Source: the human T2T-CHM13v2.0 reference genome, Homo sapiens
NCBI RefSeq assembly: GCF_009914755.1
Contig: NC_060929.1
Reading direction: 5' to 3' (one strand)
DNA length: 64,000 bases
Within the stretch, counting starts at the first letter, position 1. Each line of letters begins with the position of its first letter. Under the pieces are notes generated by a model. It did no database searches, had not been told where the DNA came from, and saw nothing but the letters and a program-made list of their open reading frames with translations. Position numbers and translations under genes: made by a program. Shown here piece after piece: positions 1 through 14,223 of this stretch.

Positions 1-445
1 CCCTAGAGAACAGAATGAATTAAGGAGTCACCATCTAAGGTGTTTTCAACAGAAAACACTTTGGCAAAAGCTTATTTAGCTAGTCTGGGATTAATTTTCT
101 TAACCAGTTAGAACTTCAAAAAGAAGGGAATGAGTTAATAAACTCTTCGCAACATCCCTGCCCCCATACTCCCATCTAGTATGGTCTTCTGAGTCTGCAC
201 ATGGCTGGGGCTCTTCTTTCCACACGTGTACTCTGAGCCCTAGAAACACTTAGGCTGTGAAGCACAATACACTTGTTTTTTTCTTTGGGTCAGTTCAAAT
301 TGATCATGCCAACTCTTCCCATTCCCTCCTCTTTGCTTCCAATGTTTCCTTTCTCTTTTGTTTTTCAGAAGAAGGTAGAAGAATTTGGTAGACAGAGAGA
401 GAGAGAGAAAGAGAATGTGTGTGCATTAAAACCAGACAAGGAAGC

Positions 446-730
446 GGCTGGGTGTGGTGGCTCATGCCTGTAATCCTAGCACTTTGGGAGACCAAGGCGG
501 GTGGATCACGAGGTCAGGAGTTCGAGACTAGCCTGACCAACATGATGAAACCCCGTCTCTACTAAAAATACAAAAAGTAGCTGGGCGTGGTGGCACACAC
601 CTGTAATCCTAGCTACTCAGGAGGATGAGGCAGGAGAATAGCTTGAACCCAGGAGGCAGAGGTTGCAGTGAGCCAAGATCACGCCATTGCACTCCAGACT
701 GGGCAAAAATAAAAATAATAAAAAAAAAAC
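446..730 (+). mobile_element. AluS (Sg-like), last ~20 nt of the right arm missing
   Basis: GGCTGGGTGTGGTGGCTCATGCCTGTAATC start, TACTAAAAATACAAAAA linker, A-rich tail. Confidence 0.95.
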
Positions 731-2554
731 AACCTTAAAGCAAAAAGTCCTTGGAGCCAATACCAATTGATGACCCAATCAGAGATACCATTTCAGAATT
801 ACAAGTATAACCTTATTTGATTCTCATCACCCTCAAGTTCGCTGCGGAACTTGCCAAAGGCCCAAAGCTAGATAGTGGCAGAGCTGGGACTCTAACTCAG
901 GTCTCAATGACTTCAAACTCATTTTTATGAGATTATGTGTCTCATAAGTCACCATGCCTGCTACCTCTTGTTTTACAGGTGAATGAACAAAGGCCCAGTG
1001 GACTGAGCAACTGGCTAAGGCACTCAGACTTTCTTAGTGGAGCTGAATAGAGAACACAGGCCCCTTTACTGTGCTGACTCATCTTTGAGATGATGATGCA
1101 ATTCAACAAGAAAAGATTCAATGTGTACAAATTGGATTGGGGCAATTATTCAAGAACAAATTGTATAAAGTGAGCTACACCTCAAGCTCTTTGCTTTGCT
1201 TCCCATTTAGGGGCATTTCCTATGAGTCCTTATACAACTCTCTGTGGTGGTTATAACCTGGTATCAAATCAAATCAAAATCAGAATCAGTGCAGACAATC
1301 ATTGCATGAGATTTGCTGTCTTCATGGAGGTTTTGTGTAGTGAAACATTGGGCTGACATCGCCTAGGGAATTTCATGTGAAAATTCCTCCCAAACATTTT
1401 TATTCTCAGAGTTCCTCTTCTTAGCACCACCAGGGAGTAGGGATCTGGAGGGTGAAGTGAGGTTTTTTCTCTCTTTCCCCTTCTCCTGTCTTGCTCTCTG
1501 CCTCACCACTCACTGGCTCCTACCTGAACTTCCAGGTTAGTCCTCCACTCACACTTGGAATTTCTTATCCTTTTGCCCTGCAGAACACTTAATTGAACAT
1601 ATTGTGTTAGTTGAGCATTTCTTTGGGGTCCCAAGTTTTTCCCCAAGGGGTTTATCAGCAATTATTCTGAACATATACGGCACCTTCAATTTCCTGTCTT
1701 CATTTTTTTTCCCATAGATAATGTTATTATCCCAATTTTTACTAATGTTATTATCCCCATTTTAAGAAGTCTGAAGGTCAATTAGAGTAACTTGCCAAAA
1801 GTCACACTGCTAACACCTTGCACAGCCTAAATTCAAATCCATATTGGTCTGACTTCTAAAATTCTGGCTTTGTTTAATGACATTAACTCCCTAACTCATT
1901 GTATTAAACTCTTACTATCTGTGCTAATTTCTCAAATATTGTATAAAAGGAGTTGTCCTCTAAAAAGAACAATTGTAACAGCTTGACCTTTCAGGTCTCA
2001 TTCAGAAGGTTCTTACAAAGACAGCTCTCTATTATGAATAATTTACCCTTCTCAAGGCTGAATTTCCTCTGATGATACTTGACCTTCTCCAGGCATGTAG
2101 GCCATCCAAATGTAGCCCTTAAGTCAGCTGGACACTGGGGTTCAAAGATAGTTTTGCCTTGTCCATTGCTCAGTGAAGCCATTCCTAAGTATGCTCCCCA
2201 AAACATTTATCCTATTATCCTCTTAAACATGAGATTCCACGGCTAAATACGTCAGAAAACTGAGAAAACAAAAATTAAGTTGGTGTTTCCCAGTTGCATT
2301 CCATTAAACACTGTTGTGTGAGCTGTTCATAGATCTGACAGTCAAAGAAAAAAATGAAAAAACAGTTTGAGGTTAAACAATTTTGGCAAAATATAAATAC
2401 TCTAATTCCCTTTTGGGAGATTTATGATAAACATTAGCATATTAACGCTTCTGGCATGTCCTGCTAAATAGTTTGACTTGGTGCTTCGCAGATTTTTTAA
2501 CCTTAGGATATTTTTTTTTATCTTGCAGGACCAGCCCGCAACAGCCCACTCTAG

Positions 2555-2895
<341 letters not shown>

Positions 2896-4298
2896 GCATC
2901 TCCTATATTTTTAAGGGAGTTGACAAAGGGTCCTCTTTTGGGAATCTGGGCCTGGTCCTGCCATCTATTATTTGGGTGACTGTGAACAAGTCACTCCTCT
3001 CTGGGGCTCAGTTTTCCCATCTGTAAAATGAAGATAATATACCATTTGTCTCTAACTTTCCTTCCAAGTCTAGCATACCATCACCTAAACATATGGAATT
3101 GATGGGGCTACACACCAGAACATCATGACAAACTGTGTGTTTATATTTTCTTAATCTCATCCTCTTAATTGAGGCCCAGAGAGGAATAACTTACTCACAG
3201 TCACTCAGTTAGTTTGATGGCAGAATCAGGCTTAGATTCCCAAAAGAAAATCATCCACCAACTCCCTTCAAAATATATAAGATGAAAATTTAAGCCATAT
3301 GTTTGTTTCCTCCAGAAATAAAATAATAATATTTTTCAAGCTATAGAATTCTTCTACATACACATAATTTGTCCCTATCTGCCAGTACATCATAGAAGGT
3401 ATTCCCCAGAATCACACTATCATTTACTTGTTCAGAACGTTGAGGTTTTCTCTGATTAGCCAGTTTTCAGGATAATGGGAAAGTGCAGAGAGTGGTTCAG
3501 GTGAACTGCAGTGGGACCTCAGGCAAGCAACTTTCCCTCTCTGTGACTTGTTTTTTTAATCCGTGAAAAAGAAAATAATGACAGTGTGCCCTCCATTCCT
3601 CTAAGATACCTTGTCAGAACTGTCAGTCATAGTCAGAAAACTCTGCTGCTATATGCCTGCCCTGTCCTGAGGTATCAGCAGAAGTGTCGCTGGCCCCGCT
3701 TGCTTTGCGTCAGCTTCCAGGTGAGTGCTGCATAAATCCTCCATTTGGTAGTATGAATGCTAGTATTATATGTACAAATATAATGCCCTAATATCAGAGA
3801 TAATTTACTTTGCACTAATGCACTTATCTTGATAATAATTCTTCTTAAAATCCATAGCAGGAAAGCATGATGGTTAATAGCTAGGCTCTGACATCCGATA
3901 CCAGGTTTGAACCCAGCACTGTTACTTACCAGCTGTGCATCCAGGCAAAGTGTTACTCGCTGATCCTCAGATCCTTCATCTATAAAGTGGGAATCGTACG
4001 ACTCACTGCAAAGCTGGTACAGCAATGCAATGCAATAATGTTTGTAAAGCTCTTTGTACATTCCCCAGGCATACAATATGTGGTCGGTTATGGCAATTAA
4101 AAACATTATCTATTTCAGACATAAAATGCAAGGAGATTGAGAAGAAAATTGTCACCATACCAAAGCCAGGAATTGGAATCCTGTACACCCATTAGAAAGG
4201 AAAACCGTAGTTGGTGCTCTTAGCTAATGGTCCTTTGGCTGCCTGCGATATTAGTGTTGGCCAGAGGCTCGTTAATGTTGTCATTGTTTATTATTGAA

Positions 4299-4315
4299 CA
4301 CTGCCACCTAGTGGA
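4299..4315 (-). promoter_or_regulatory. Candidate CTCF site
   Basis: Reverse strand reads TCCACTAGGTGGCAGTG, matching the CTCF core CCASYAGRKGGCRS, in unique sequence. Confidence 0.65.
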
Positions 4316-6379
4316 TGAATTGGTCACATGCAGGTAAGGAAATCACGGAGGTTATGTCAGGTCACCTGGTCACACATGGAAGAGGCTGTTGTGTCCATCT
4401 TGTCCACACTGATTTCAGCTTGTTGACTTGCAGCCATGCCCAGGGAGATACTGGGGTGTTCCTGCTTATGTAGACTCCCCTCTATCTTCGCGCAGTTGTC
4501 AAACTGACACAAAGACCTGAGAACTGTATTCTTACACTGCGGCTATGTGAGCAGAGCCAAAGATCGGCCTCCTCTGACATGACCTAAGGCCCCTCCCTCA
4601 ACACTCTAATCCATCATACCATTTTATTTTATGCAAAAGCATATCGTTGTCTGAAAACATTACTTTCTTTCTGTTTCCCATCCCCTTCTCTTGCCCCTAA
4701 CTAGAATGGAAGGCAGCCAAGTGTGGGGCCATGTGAGCCTTATTCCTTTACGTATCCCTCGTACCTAACACTGGGCCTGGCACAGCGTAGGAGCACAAAA
4801 ATATGTGTAGCCTATAGCATAAAAAATCAATGACAATGCCAATAATCACTGCTGTTATTGTTTATGGTTCCTACTTTTTGCCGGGCACAGAGCTAAGGTC
4901 TGTACATAGATCACCTCATTTAATCTCTATAATCAGCCTGCTTAGTGGGGGTAATGTCACCACCCACATAGGATCAGTAATTTCTAGGGCCTAGAATTGA
5001 TCTTTCAATTTCAACAAGCATGGTTCCCCTTTGCTCAGTATTATAATGCCATACCTTATTTAATCCTCTCTTTTGAAATCCTTCTTATAGTTTCACCTAT
5101 TTTACAGATTTGAAAGCTGAGTCTCATAGAAGTGAAGCAATTTGCTGAAAGTCACTCAGTTCAGGTTTAAAACCCAGGTCTTGTCTAATTCCAAAGGCCC
5201 TGCTGTTTTCACTGCAACATACTGCCCTCTATTAGATACATGGATAAAAAAGGGCTTTCTTAATTCGGTCCTGGAAACCCAGGCCTGAGTTTTGGTTAAG
5301 CCTTTGTAAGAAGCCTTTCTCCCAAGCTAAATCTCATATTGGTTTTTCTTGTAGCCAGGTCTTTATTGGTTTCTAGATGTCTCCTCCACGTTCACTTCAA
5401 AGACAAAAATTAGCTACAATTTATTGAAGATTTTATTATGTGCCAGGCAGGGTTCAAATGATCTCATTTAATCCTTATAACAGCCCTGTAAAATAGGTTC
5501 CATTGATATTATTCCTATTTTATAAATGAGGACACTGAGGGACAGAGAAGTTAAGTAATTTCCCCATGGTTACCTGGATTCTAAACCAGAGCGCTGGTTT
5601 GAACCTAGGCAGGCAGTTTCCTTCCAGGATACACTCCTAAGCACCAGTGGCCATCCTAGGGGACTATATCCAGGACATTTCCTTTGCTGACATCAGGTAA
5701 GGGAAGGCCCTCAGAAAACCTCAGGGGCAGCCCCACTCAGTAAAGCACTTCCCAGAATGTTTAAGCTCAGAAACTGTGCTGAAGTCAGAATACATAGAGA
5801 TGCCAGGCATCCTGCAGCTAGCCCTCCTCCCTCCCGGTTTGCAGTCCCAGCCTACGGTTACTCTTCAATTAGTTTCCATCTGTGGCAGCAGCAATTCCCT
5901 AGGGGTACATGGGCCAAAAAGAGAGACCGACTCAGCCAAGAACCAGAAATATCCTCACCGCAGCAAACAAGCTAGTGATGGAAAAGAGGAAAATTTTCCC
6001 TTCAAGGTCTGGACATTTCTCAAAGACAGCCCACTCAGCTTATATAAGCCGCATGCACCACTAAAGGAACACAACCAAGGCCCCATGAATCTAGAACAAT
6101 CTTGCCAATTACGTGTTAATTGAAAGTTATGTAGAGGCCATCCACATGCCCTTGGGGAAACTTGACACTGTACTTATTGAATTGTCTGTTCTGGATCACT
6201 GACCTGGGCAAAGGGGCTCAGGCAACACTCAAAGGACAGTGGCAAAGTCATTCCACATTCCATGGGTATCAGTTCAGAGTTTCCACCCTTTTTTGAACCT
6301 TTCCTCCAAATAAATAGGCAGTGATGGTGTTTAGGGACATTCTGGGCTTCCTTGTATTCATTAGTTCATGTTTTCATAT

Positions 6380-8100
6380 ATTTATGTACTTGTAAATTGA
6401 CAAATCTTGTCTTGAATATACATTTGCTAAGTATCACCTCTGTTTCAGGTTAATGCCAGGTGCTGGGAACATCAAAGTGGGTTAGATACAGTGGGGTGCT
6501 GGTAAGTGATGGCCAACTGGCTTGCTATGTGTCGGGCTAACATGAATGCTGGTTGCATTTTCCTTTACATTAATGAATAAGACAAGATTGAAACTACGAA
6601 GATCTATGTCAGTGTCGTCTGTTAATGACCTGAGCTACTTCTTTGCTGAATTGAAGTGTCAATAATAGAAGAGTTCTTTAATTTTTTGTGTTGTTCACAG
6701 ATACTATGACACGCTTTAAAGTTTAATCTGCATTATTGACATTTCTCCATCAGTTTCTTGAGTCTAGACAATTAACTAACAATAAATCAAGCCTTGGTTT
6801 ATAGCATTTGCCAATCTTCATGTGCAAATAAGACCATCGTGGCCAATTTCAAGCTACCAATATTTTGCCACTAAGCATGGAGTTGAGGAGAGACGTACAA
6901 CATGAATGTATATCATCTCAAAAGTATAGATTATAGTACAATCTAGTAATTAGGAAGAAATGAGTCTTAAGCTTTTATTATTTTCATTTTGAATATACAA
7001 TATTTACTTATATAATTTGATATTTTATAATGGCTATGCTTAACAACCAGTTCAAAACAATTCAGGACGTTTACCAAGTGGCGCCAGCCAGCGGGTATTT
7101 GTCAACTCCAGCCTACCACTGGTTAGACATAGGCTCCTACTTGAAGAAGTTCACAGTTGAGTTGGGGAAAAGCTCTCATAGTATGAACTGCTTTGTAAGA
7201 AGTAAGATCAAGATGCCATCGGAGCATTTGGAAGGCAGATCCAGTCAAGAGTTGGGCTTGGGGAAAGCTTTCTGAGACAAAAATATCTAATCTGAGACCT
7301 GAAGGAAAATAGATATTAACTATATGAAGGGTGGAAAGTGGGTTCCAGATGGAGGAAGGCCCTGTGCAAAGGACTGGAGTGAAACCAGATCACAGAAACT
7401 TTTGGAAATACACAGTATTTCATTATGGCTGGAATAAAGTGCTGAAGGTAAGGTGGTCACATCAGATAAAATTGGGGGGAGGAGAGTACAAAGCCAGGAC
7501 ATATAAACCATATCAAAAATAGTTTGTCTTAAAGATGGTGAGTACTTACTGACAGTTTATATAAGTGAGGGCACCCTGATTGGATTTCTTATCAGATCAT
7601 TCCGCCTGTGGTATAGGAAAGAGAGAGGCTAGACAAGGCTATACCCAGGATGCCACAGCCATCCAGGAGCGAGATGCAGGTTGCCTGCCTGGTGGCAGTG
7701 GCCACAGGGATGGCAAAGAACAGAAGAATCAAGAGTCATTTAGGAGGTTGTGCCTGCTGGACAAAGTGATTGATTATTTGTGTGTTTTTTGGGGTGGAAG
7801 GAGTGCTGAGGGAAACAAAGTCAAGAATGATACTCAGATTTCTGACAAAAGCAACCAAGTAAATGAATGGAAGTGGAGATGGTGGTAGGGGAACAGGTAA
7901 TTAACCTGAAGGATGATGAGTTCTCTTTTAGATGGATTACATTTATCGCAGTGAATGTCCAAGTGGAGATATCCACGAAGCAGTTGAATTTATGTCTGAA
8001 GCTCAGGGCACATATCTGGGCTGGAAAATGAATTTCGGAGTTTTGAATACATAGATGCTAACCAAAGCCACGTGTATGGATGTAATCATCCAGGATGCAT
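6380..8100 (-). mobile_element. L2 remnant interrupted by MER63
   Basis: L2 motifs (GCCAGGTGCTGGG, GATGAGTTC..., AGCAGTTGAATTTATGTCTGAAGCTCAGGG). Confidence 0.75.
6489..7121. mobile_element. MER63-like hAT DNA transposon fossil
   Basis: TIRs CAGTGGGGTGCTGG ... CCAGCCTACCACTG; 8-bp TSD GTTAGATA / GTTAGACA. Confidence 0.8.
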
Positions 8101-8388
8101 CAGAATCACTAAAGTTTCTGGGCCATTTACTCCACCAGCACCATCCACCCTCTTTACATCCTCCCACTGTTTTACTCATTACTGACACCCTATAATGTAG
8201 GTATACTTATTATTCCCATTTTGCAGATGAGGAAACTGAGGCATAGAGAGAACAACTATTTCCTCAAGGCTGCACAGTAAGTGGCAGTGCCCAGATTTGA
8301 AACCAGTGAGTCTGGCACCAGAACCTACACCCTGAACTATAATGTTGGTCTGCTTCTGTGTCAAAATACAGACTAAGAAGGGAAGACC

Positions 8389-8690
8389 AGCCGGGTGCGG
8401 TGGTTCATGCCTGTAATCCCAGCATTTTGGGAGGCCGAGGCGGGCGGATCATTTGAGGTCAAGAGTTCGAGAATAGCCAGGTCACCATGGCAAAACCCCA
8501 TCTCTACTAAAAAAAATTAGCCATGCGTGGTGGCGGGCTTCTGTAATCCCAGCTACTTGGGAGACTGAGGCATGGGAATTGCTTAAACCTGGGAGGCTGG
8601 AGGTTAACAGTTAGCCAAGATCATGTCACTGCACTCCAGTCTAGGGGACAGAGGAGACTCAGTCTCAAAAAACAAAAAAAAGAAGAAGAA
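8389..8690 (+). mobile_element. AluSx/Sz
   Basis: Full dimer; TSD AAGAAGGGAAGACCA on both sides. Confidence 0.95.
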
Positions 8691-8879
8691 GAAGGGAAGA
8701 CCAGAAGGTTAGACCCCTCAGAAATGAATATTTAAGTCACAGGAAGAGGAATTTACAAAGGAGATGGTAAAGGGAGGTGTGGTGGTGAGGAACTTGCGGC
8801 TCATAAGAAGGTCACCTTCTTAAAAACTCCCTCACCACAAATTAGGTAATTGAGGAGTTGCCCCATAAAACTTACAGTC

Positions 8880-11300
8880 ACAATGAATTTACTAACATTC
8901 TTTTCTAATCATAAAAGCAATGTTTTTTTTTTCCTGTAGGAAAATTAGAAAATACAGAGAAGAAAATAAAAATCACAGTATTCAGCTATCTAGAAATAAT
9001 TGTGGTAACTATTTGTTGTATATCCCTTCAGACTTTTGATCTATGCATAGAAAAACAGAGATCCCTTCGAAACATTTTTCAAAGTCTATTTTAAAATTAT
9101 ATTTTGTTGTTTCCAAAGCTGCACATTTTAAAATCAGGATTTATCTTATAATCAGTGGTATTCCACAGGTTAATGATAACTTTTTGCTCCTAGTTGTACA
9201 AAGAATGCTGCATCTTTTCATTGATAGCATCATAGATTTGGTGAAATGTGGTAGGACATATGTTCATATCTTTAAAAATTGAAAATGTGCTAAAAGGTAC
9301 ACAGAGAAAGATCTCTTTCCCTCTCGGCATATTCCAGTGTTTCTCCCTGGAGACAGATGATATTTTCCAGCTACTTGTCTACCCTTCCAGATGCATTTTA
9401 ATGCACACACAAGAAAATATAACATGTGTCCCCTTCTCTTTAAATACATGGTAACGTACTATCCACTCTAGGGCATCTTGGCCTTTTTAAAAACTTACGC
9501 TCTATGTTGGGAGTCTTTTTTCCAATTGCAAATTTTACCTTGAAAGAATGCGCCACAATTCATTAAGTCCCTAGTGATGTGCAAAGTTATTTCCAATCTT
9601 TTTCTATGAGAAATAATGCTATGATGAATAATCTTGTATATTTTGCACATACAGCAGTATACCTATTAAATTTCTTGAAATGTAACTGCTGAGTCAAGTG
9701 ATAATTCAGTTGTTATTTTGAAGATATTGCCAAATTGATCTTCTTAAAAGTTCCAATTTATACTTCTTCCAAAAATGTATGAAATACTGTTTTCCTACAG
9801 CATTTCCAACATATTAGGTTATCAAACTTTTTATGTTTGTGGTACCTATAGGTAAAAATTACATCTTTAACATACTTTTTTTATTTTGGAATAATTCTAG
9901 ATTTTATAGAAAAGTTGCAAAGATAGTATGGAAAATCCCTGTATATTCCTTACTCAGTTTCCCCTCTTGGCAACATCTCATATCTCCATGGTACACTCAT
10001 CAAAACTAAGCAACTAACATTAATATATTACTATTACCTAAACTTCAAATTTTATTTGGATTTTAACAGTTTTTCTACTAATATTCCTGGATCCCATCTA
10101 GGAGGCAATATTGCATTTTAGTCATCTTGTCTCCTTAGTCTCACCTGGTTTCTGACAGTCTCTCAGTCTTCCTTTGCTCTTCATGACCTTAAGAGTTTTG
10201 AGAAGTCCTGGTCAGTGGTTTGTAGAATGTCTCTCAATTTGGGTTTGTCAAATATGTGTCTTATGATTAGAATGGGGTTAGTTTTTGGAAGGAACACTTC
10301 ACAGGTAAAGTTCCCTCCTCATGTCATATCAGATGGTAGGTGTTATCAACATGACTTATCACTGGTGATGTTCACCTTGTGGATTTAAGGTAGTGTTTGT
10401 CAGATGTGTTCATGGTAAAGTTACTCTTTTTCCCTTTGCCACACACTTATCTCTGGATATGAATCACTAAGTCAAGCCCAAACTCAAGAGGGAGATGTTG
10501 GCTGGGCACGGTGGCTCATGCCTGTAATCTCAGCACTTTGGGAGGCTGAGGCGGGTGGATCACCTGAGGTCAGGAGTTCGAGACCAGCCTGACCAACATG
10601 CTGAAACCCCGTCTCTACTAAAAATACAAAAATTAGCTGGGCATGGTGGTGGGTGCCTGTAATCCCAGCTACTCAAGAGGCTGAGGCAGGAGAATCACTT
10701 GAACACGGGAGGCAGAGGTCGAAGTCAGCTGAGATCATGCCATTGTACTCCAGCCTAGGCAAGAGAGTAAGACTCCATCTCAAAAAAACAAAAACAAAAA
10801 CAAAATAGGGAAATCTTAGTGTAATTATAATTAGCATTTATCTTATAGGTAAGGATATCTTTTCATAAGCTTAAGGACCATCTATATTTTCTGAACTGTT
10901 GACATTTTTCTGTTGAACTTCTAATCAATCTTATTTTTGTCAGTTGTTATGAGAAATAAGCCTTTTCTCTGTAATGCAAATTAAAAACTTTCACCCAGCT
11001 TACCATTTCTTATTTTTTCTGCTGTGTTTTTGCCATATAGATTTTAAAAATTTTATGTAATAAAATGTATTAGTTTCTCTTATGAGTTATGGTTTATTTA
11101 TCACACTTAGAGATATATTACCTATTTCTTGATGATCTTTAAAAATGTTCTGTGGTATCCTTTTTCTGAGGTTATGTTATGTCTTTGATCTACCTGGAGT
11201 TTATTTAGGTATAAAAATGAGTAGGATTTGATTCTTTTTCTTTTTCTTGTGGTTACTTGGTTGTCCCAGTAGCAATTTATGGCCTATTTTCCATTATTTT
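8880..11300 (-). mobile_element. Old L1 (L1ME/L1MC) fragments, including an L1MC4-like 3' end at about 9875-10495 and a MER104-like element at about 9097-9253
   Basis: T-rich antisense L1 3' motifs (AGAAAAGTTGCAAAGATAGTA, AGATATTGCCAAATTG); Tc2-type end GCATCATAGATTTGGTGAAATGTGGTA. Confidence 0.65.
10500..10805 (+). mobile_element. AluSp/Sq
   Basis: Full Alu dimer with (CAAAAA)n tail. Confidence 0.95.
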
Positions 11301-11789
11301 ATCGATGTGCAATAGATAATTTTGCCGGAAAAATGTGTAGGGGCTTCAGCCCTGGACAATTTAAATTCCCATGTTCTTTCCATAGAGACAGATAAAGCAA
11401 AACAACATAAACTCTCATATTTTACATTATTGTTCATATAGATTGACCTCAATATCTCCAAGCACAATTTTCATTTTGAGCCACTGTTGGCACATTGGGC
11501 TACCCTTTCTTTAACCTTACTTCAGCAGCAGCCGAAGGGCAGCGTGGCCCCAGGTCATAGCTAAGTGGCAGATAAGGGTGCAGATCCTTGAGTCACACTG
11601 GGTTAGTGGCATTACTTTAAATCTACAGTTAGAGCTACAAAATTGGGGTTATGAGAAGAATTCCATGGCTTGTAATTCCTCACGTATAACTCAACCCAAA
11701 TTTGGAGAGAAATTGCCACTTGATTATATGAGAGGAGATAGTATTTGAGGCTAGGATTCTTTAAGGTGGTACATGGGCACATTGACAAC

Positions 11790-12250
11790 AGAGGTAAGTG
11801 GTATAACCTACTTATATTTTTAAAACATCTTTGACAAGGTTCTGTGTCAAAACTCAATGAGAAACACAAGTTTCCATGTTCTTGGAGAGGACAGTTCTGT
11901 CAGGGTCAGTCACTGCATTAGCGAAGGAAACAATGCATATAGATAATAGGCACTCATCTGAGAAGACAATATTTGCAAAGCCTATAGGGTAAGGGATCCT
12001 TGTTCCCCAGAGTTCCATCCTAGGCCCATCCTTCTTTAAAATCTGCAGAAATAATCTGGAGGCAGATGAACAAAATGATAATTTTAAGGTTTTCCGTGTT
12101 ATTGATTTGTTTTTTCTAGAGAGTAAAGAACTAAGTAGATTAAGTTAGAAAAGAGTAAACTCTTGTAGATCTATTTGGAATCCGGGCAAGAAAGTATCAT
12201 TTGAGTTTAAAGGTAAATAACAGCAATAATGCATATTTTAAAAGAACAAA
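11790..12250 (+). mobile_element. CR1/L3 reverse transcriptase fossil
   Basis: 12002 onward translates VPQSSILGPSFFKICRNNL, similar to the CR1 RT motif VPQGSVLGPxLFNIFINDL. Confidence 0.6.
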
Positions 12251-12761
12251 AAAGTCAAAATAGAAAATAAAGGACTCTGTTCTACAGTAGGTTTAGTTCA
12301 CACTACTACTAATGAACTAATAGTACTTTCTGTGTGCTTTATACTGTTCTAAGTCCTTTAACATACATTAATTTATATAGCCTTTAAAACCAGCCATGAG
12401 GCAGGGTTCATTATTCCTCCCATTTCACACATTAGAAAATGGAGGTCCAAGGAGTATGAGTAACCAGTTGAAGGTCACATAGGCAGTAAGTGGCAGAGGT
12501 GGGTTTGGATAGGGCAGTCCCGTGCTGGGGTTGGTGGCCTGAATCACTGGGCTTGCTGCCTCCCTAGGAGGGCTCTGTACAACTCAGGCAACTGTCACAT
12601 TGATCTATTTCTTCACTGGAAGAGCTGAGGGTAAGTCACATTCATCTTTGTGTTTTCAAGTTTAGCATAATCCTAGGCACAAACTATATGCTTAATAAAT
12701 TAATAAATTTTGACCACTTAAAGTATAATTTAAAAAAATGTGTATGGTGAAATAAAAGGAA

Positions 12762-13059
12762 TTTTTTTTTTTTTTTTTGAGATGGAGTCTGGCTGTGTCA
12801 CCCAGGCTGGAGTGCAGTGTAGCAATCTCAGCTCACTGCAAGCTCCGCCTACGGGTTCACGCCATTCTCCTGCCTCAACTTCCTGAGTAGCTGGGACTAC
12901 AGGTGCCCCCCACCACACCTGGCTAATTTTTTTGTGTTTTTAATAGACACGGGGTTTCACCATGTTAGCCAGGATGGTCTTGATCTCCCGACCTCGTGAT
13001 CCGCCCACCTCTGCCTCCCAAAGTGCTGGGACTACAGGCGTGAACCACCGTGCCCCGCC
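12762..13059 (-). mobile_element. AluY
   Basis: CTGCAAGCTCCGCCT..GGGTTCACGCCATTCTCC; GTTAGCCAGGATGGTCT. Confidence 0.95.
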
Positions 13060-13069
13060 TATTTTTTAA

Positions 13070-14177
13070 ATTTCATAAGTTTAAAAACTTTTGCAATTGT
13101 GATACAACACATAGAATGTACCATTTAAATACAAAGTTCAGTAGTGTTACATAAACTCACATTATTGTTCAACCAATCTCCAGGACTTTCTCCTCTTGCA
13201 AACTGAAACTCTATACTCACTAAACAACTCTCCATTGCACCGACCCCCAGCCCCTGGTGAGCACTACTCTAGCTTTATTTCTAAGAGTGTGACTACTCTT
13301 TATACCTCATATAAGTAAAATCATATAGCATTTTTCTTTTTGTCATTGGTTTATTTTGCTTTGCATATTTTCAAGATCCATCCATGTTATAGCATGAGTA
13401 AGAATTTCCTTCTTTCTTAAGAATAAGTAATATTCCACTGTGTGTATATTCCACATTTTGTTTATCTATTCATCAGTCAGTGGACATTTGTGTTGCTTTC
13501 AACTTTTGGCTATTTTGAGTAATGCTGCTGTAAACATGGGTATACAAATATGTCTTTGAGATCTTGCTTTTAATTTTTTTTGGCTATATATCTGAAGTGG
13601 AATGGCTGGATCATATGGTAACTCAATTTTTAATATTTTGAGAAACTGTCATGCTGTTTTCCATAGTGGTTTCACCACTACAGTGCAGAAGAGTTCCAAT
13701 TTTCCCACATACTTACCAACAATGATTTTCTTATATTTAAATGACAGCCATCCTAATGGGTGTGAGGTAATACTGTGATTTTGATTTGCATCTCCCTGAT
13801 CATTAGTGATGTTGAACCTCTTTTCCTATGCTTGTTGACTATTTGTATATTTTATTTGGCAAAATATCTATTCAGGTCCTTTGTTCATTTTTTTAATTGG
13901 TTTTTTGTTGTTCAGTTGTAGGAGTTCTTTACATATTCTGCATATTGATCCCTTATCAGATATATAATTTGCAAATATTTTCTCCCATTCTATAGGTTAC
14001 ATTTTCACTGTATTGTGTCCTGTGATGCATGGAAGTTTTTAATTTTGAAGTCATCCAATTTGTCTACTTTTATTTTTGTTTCCTGTGCCTGGTATCATAT
14101 CCAAGAAATCATTGCCAAATTCAATGTCATAAAGCTTCTCTCCTAAGCTTTTACCTAAAAGTTTCATTTTTTAAAAA

Positions 14178-14223
<46 letters not shown>

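Noticed and set aside
3675-4106. 143-aa minus-strand ORF
   Set aside because: Mostly MIR sequence; non-ATG start; no recognisable protein
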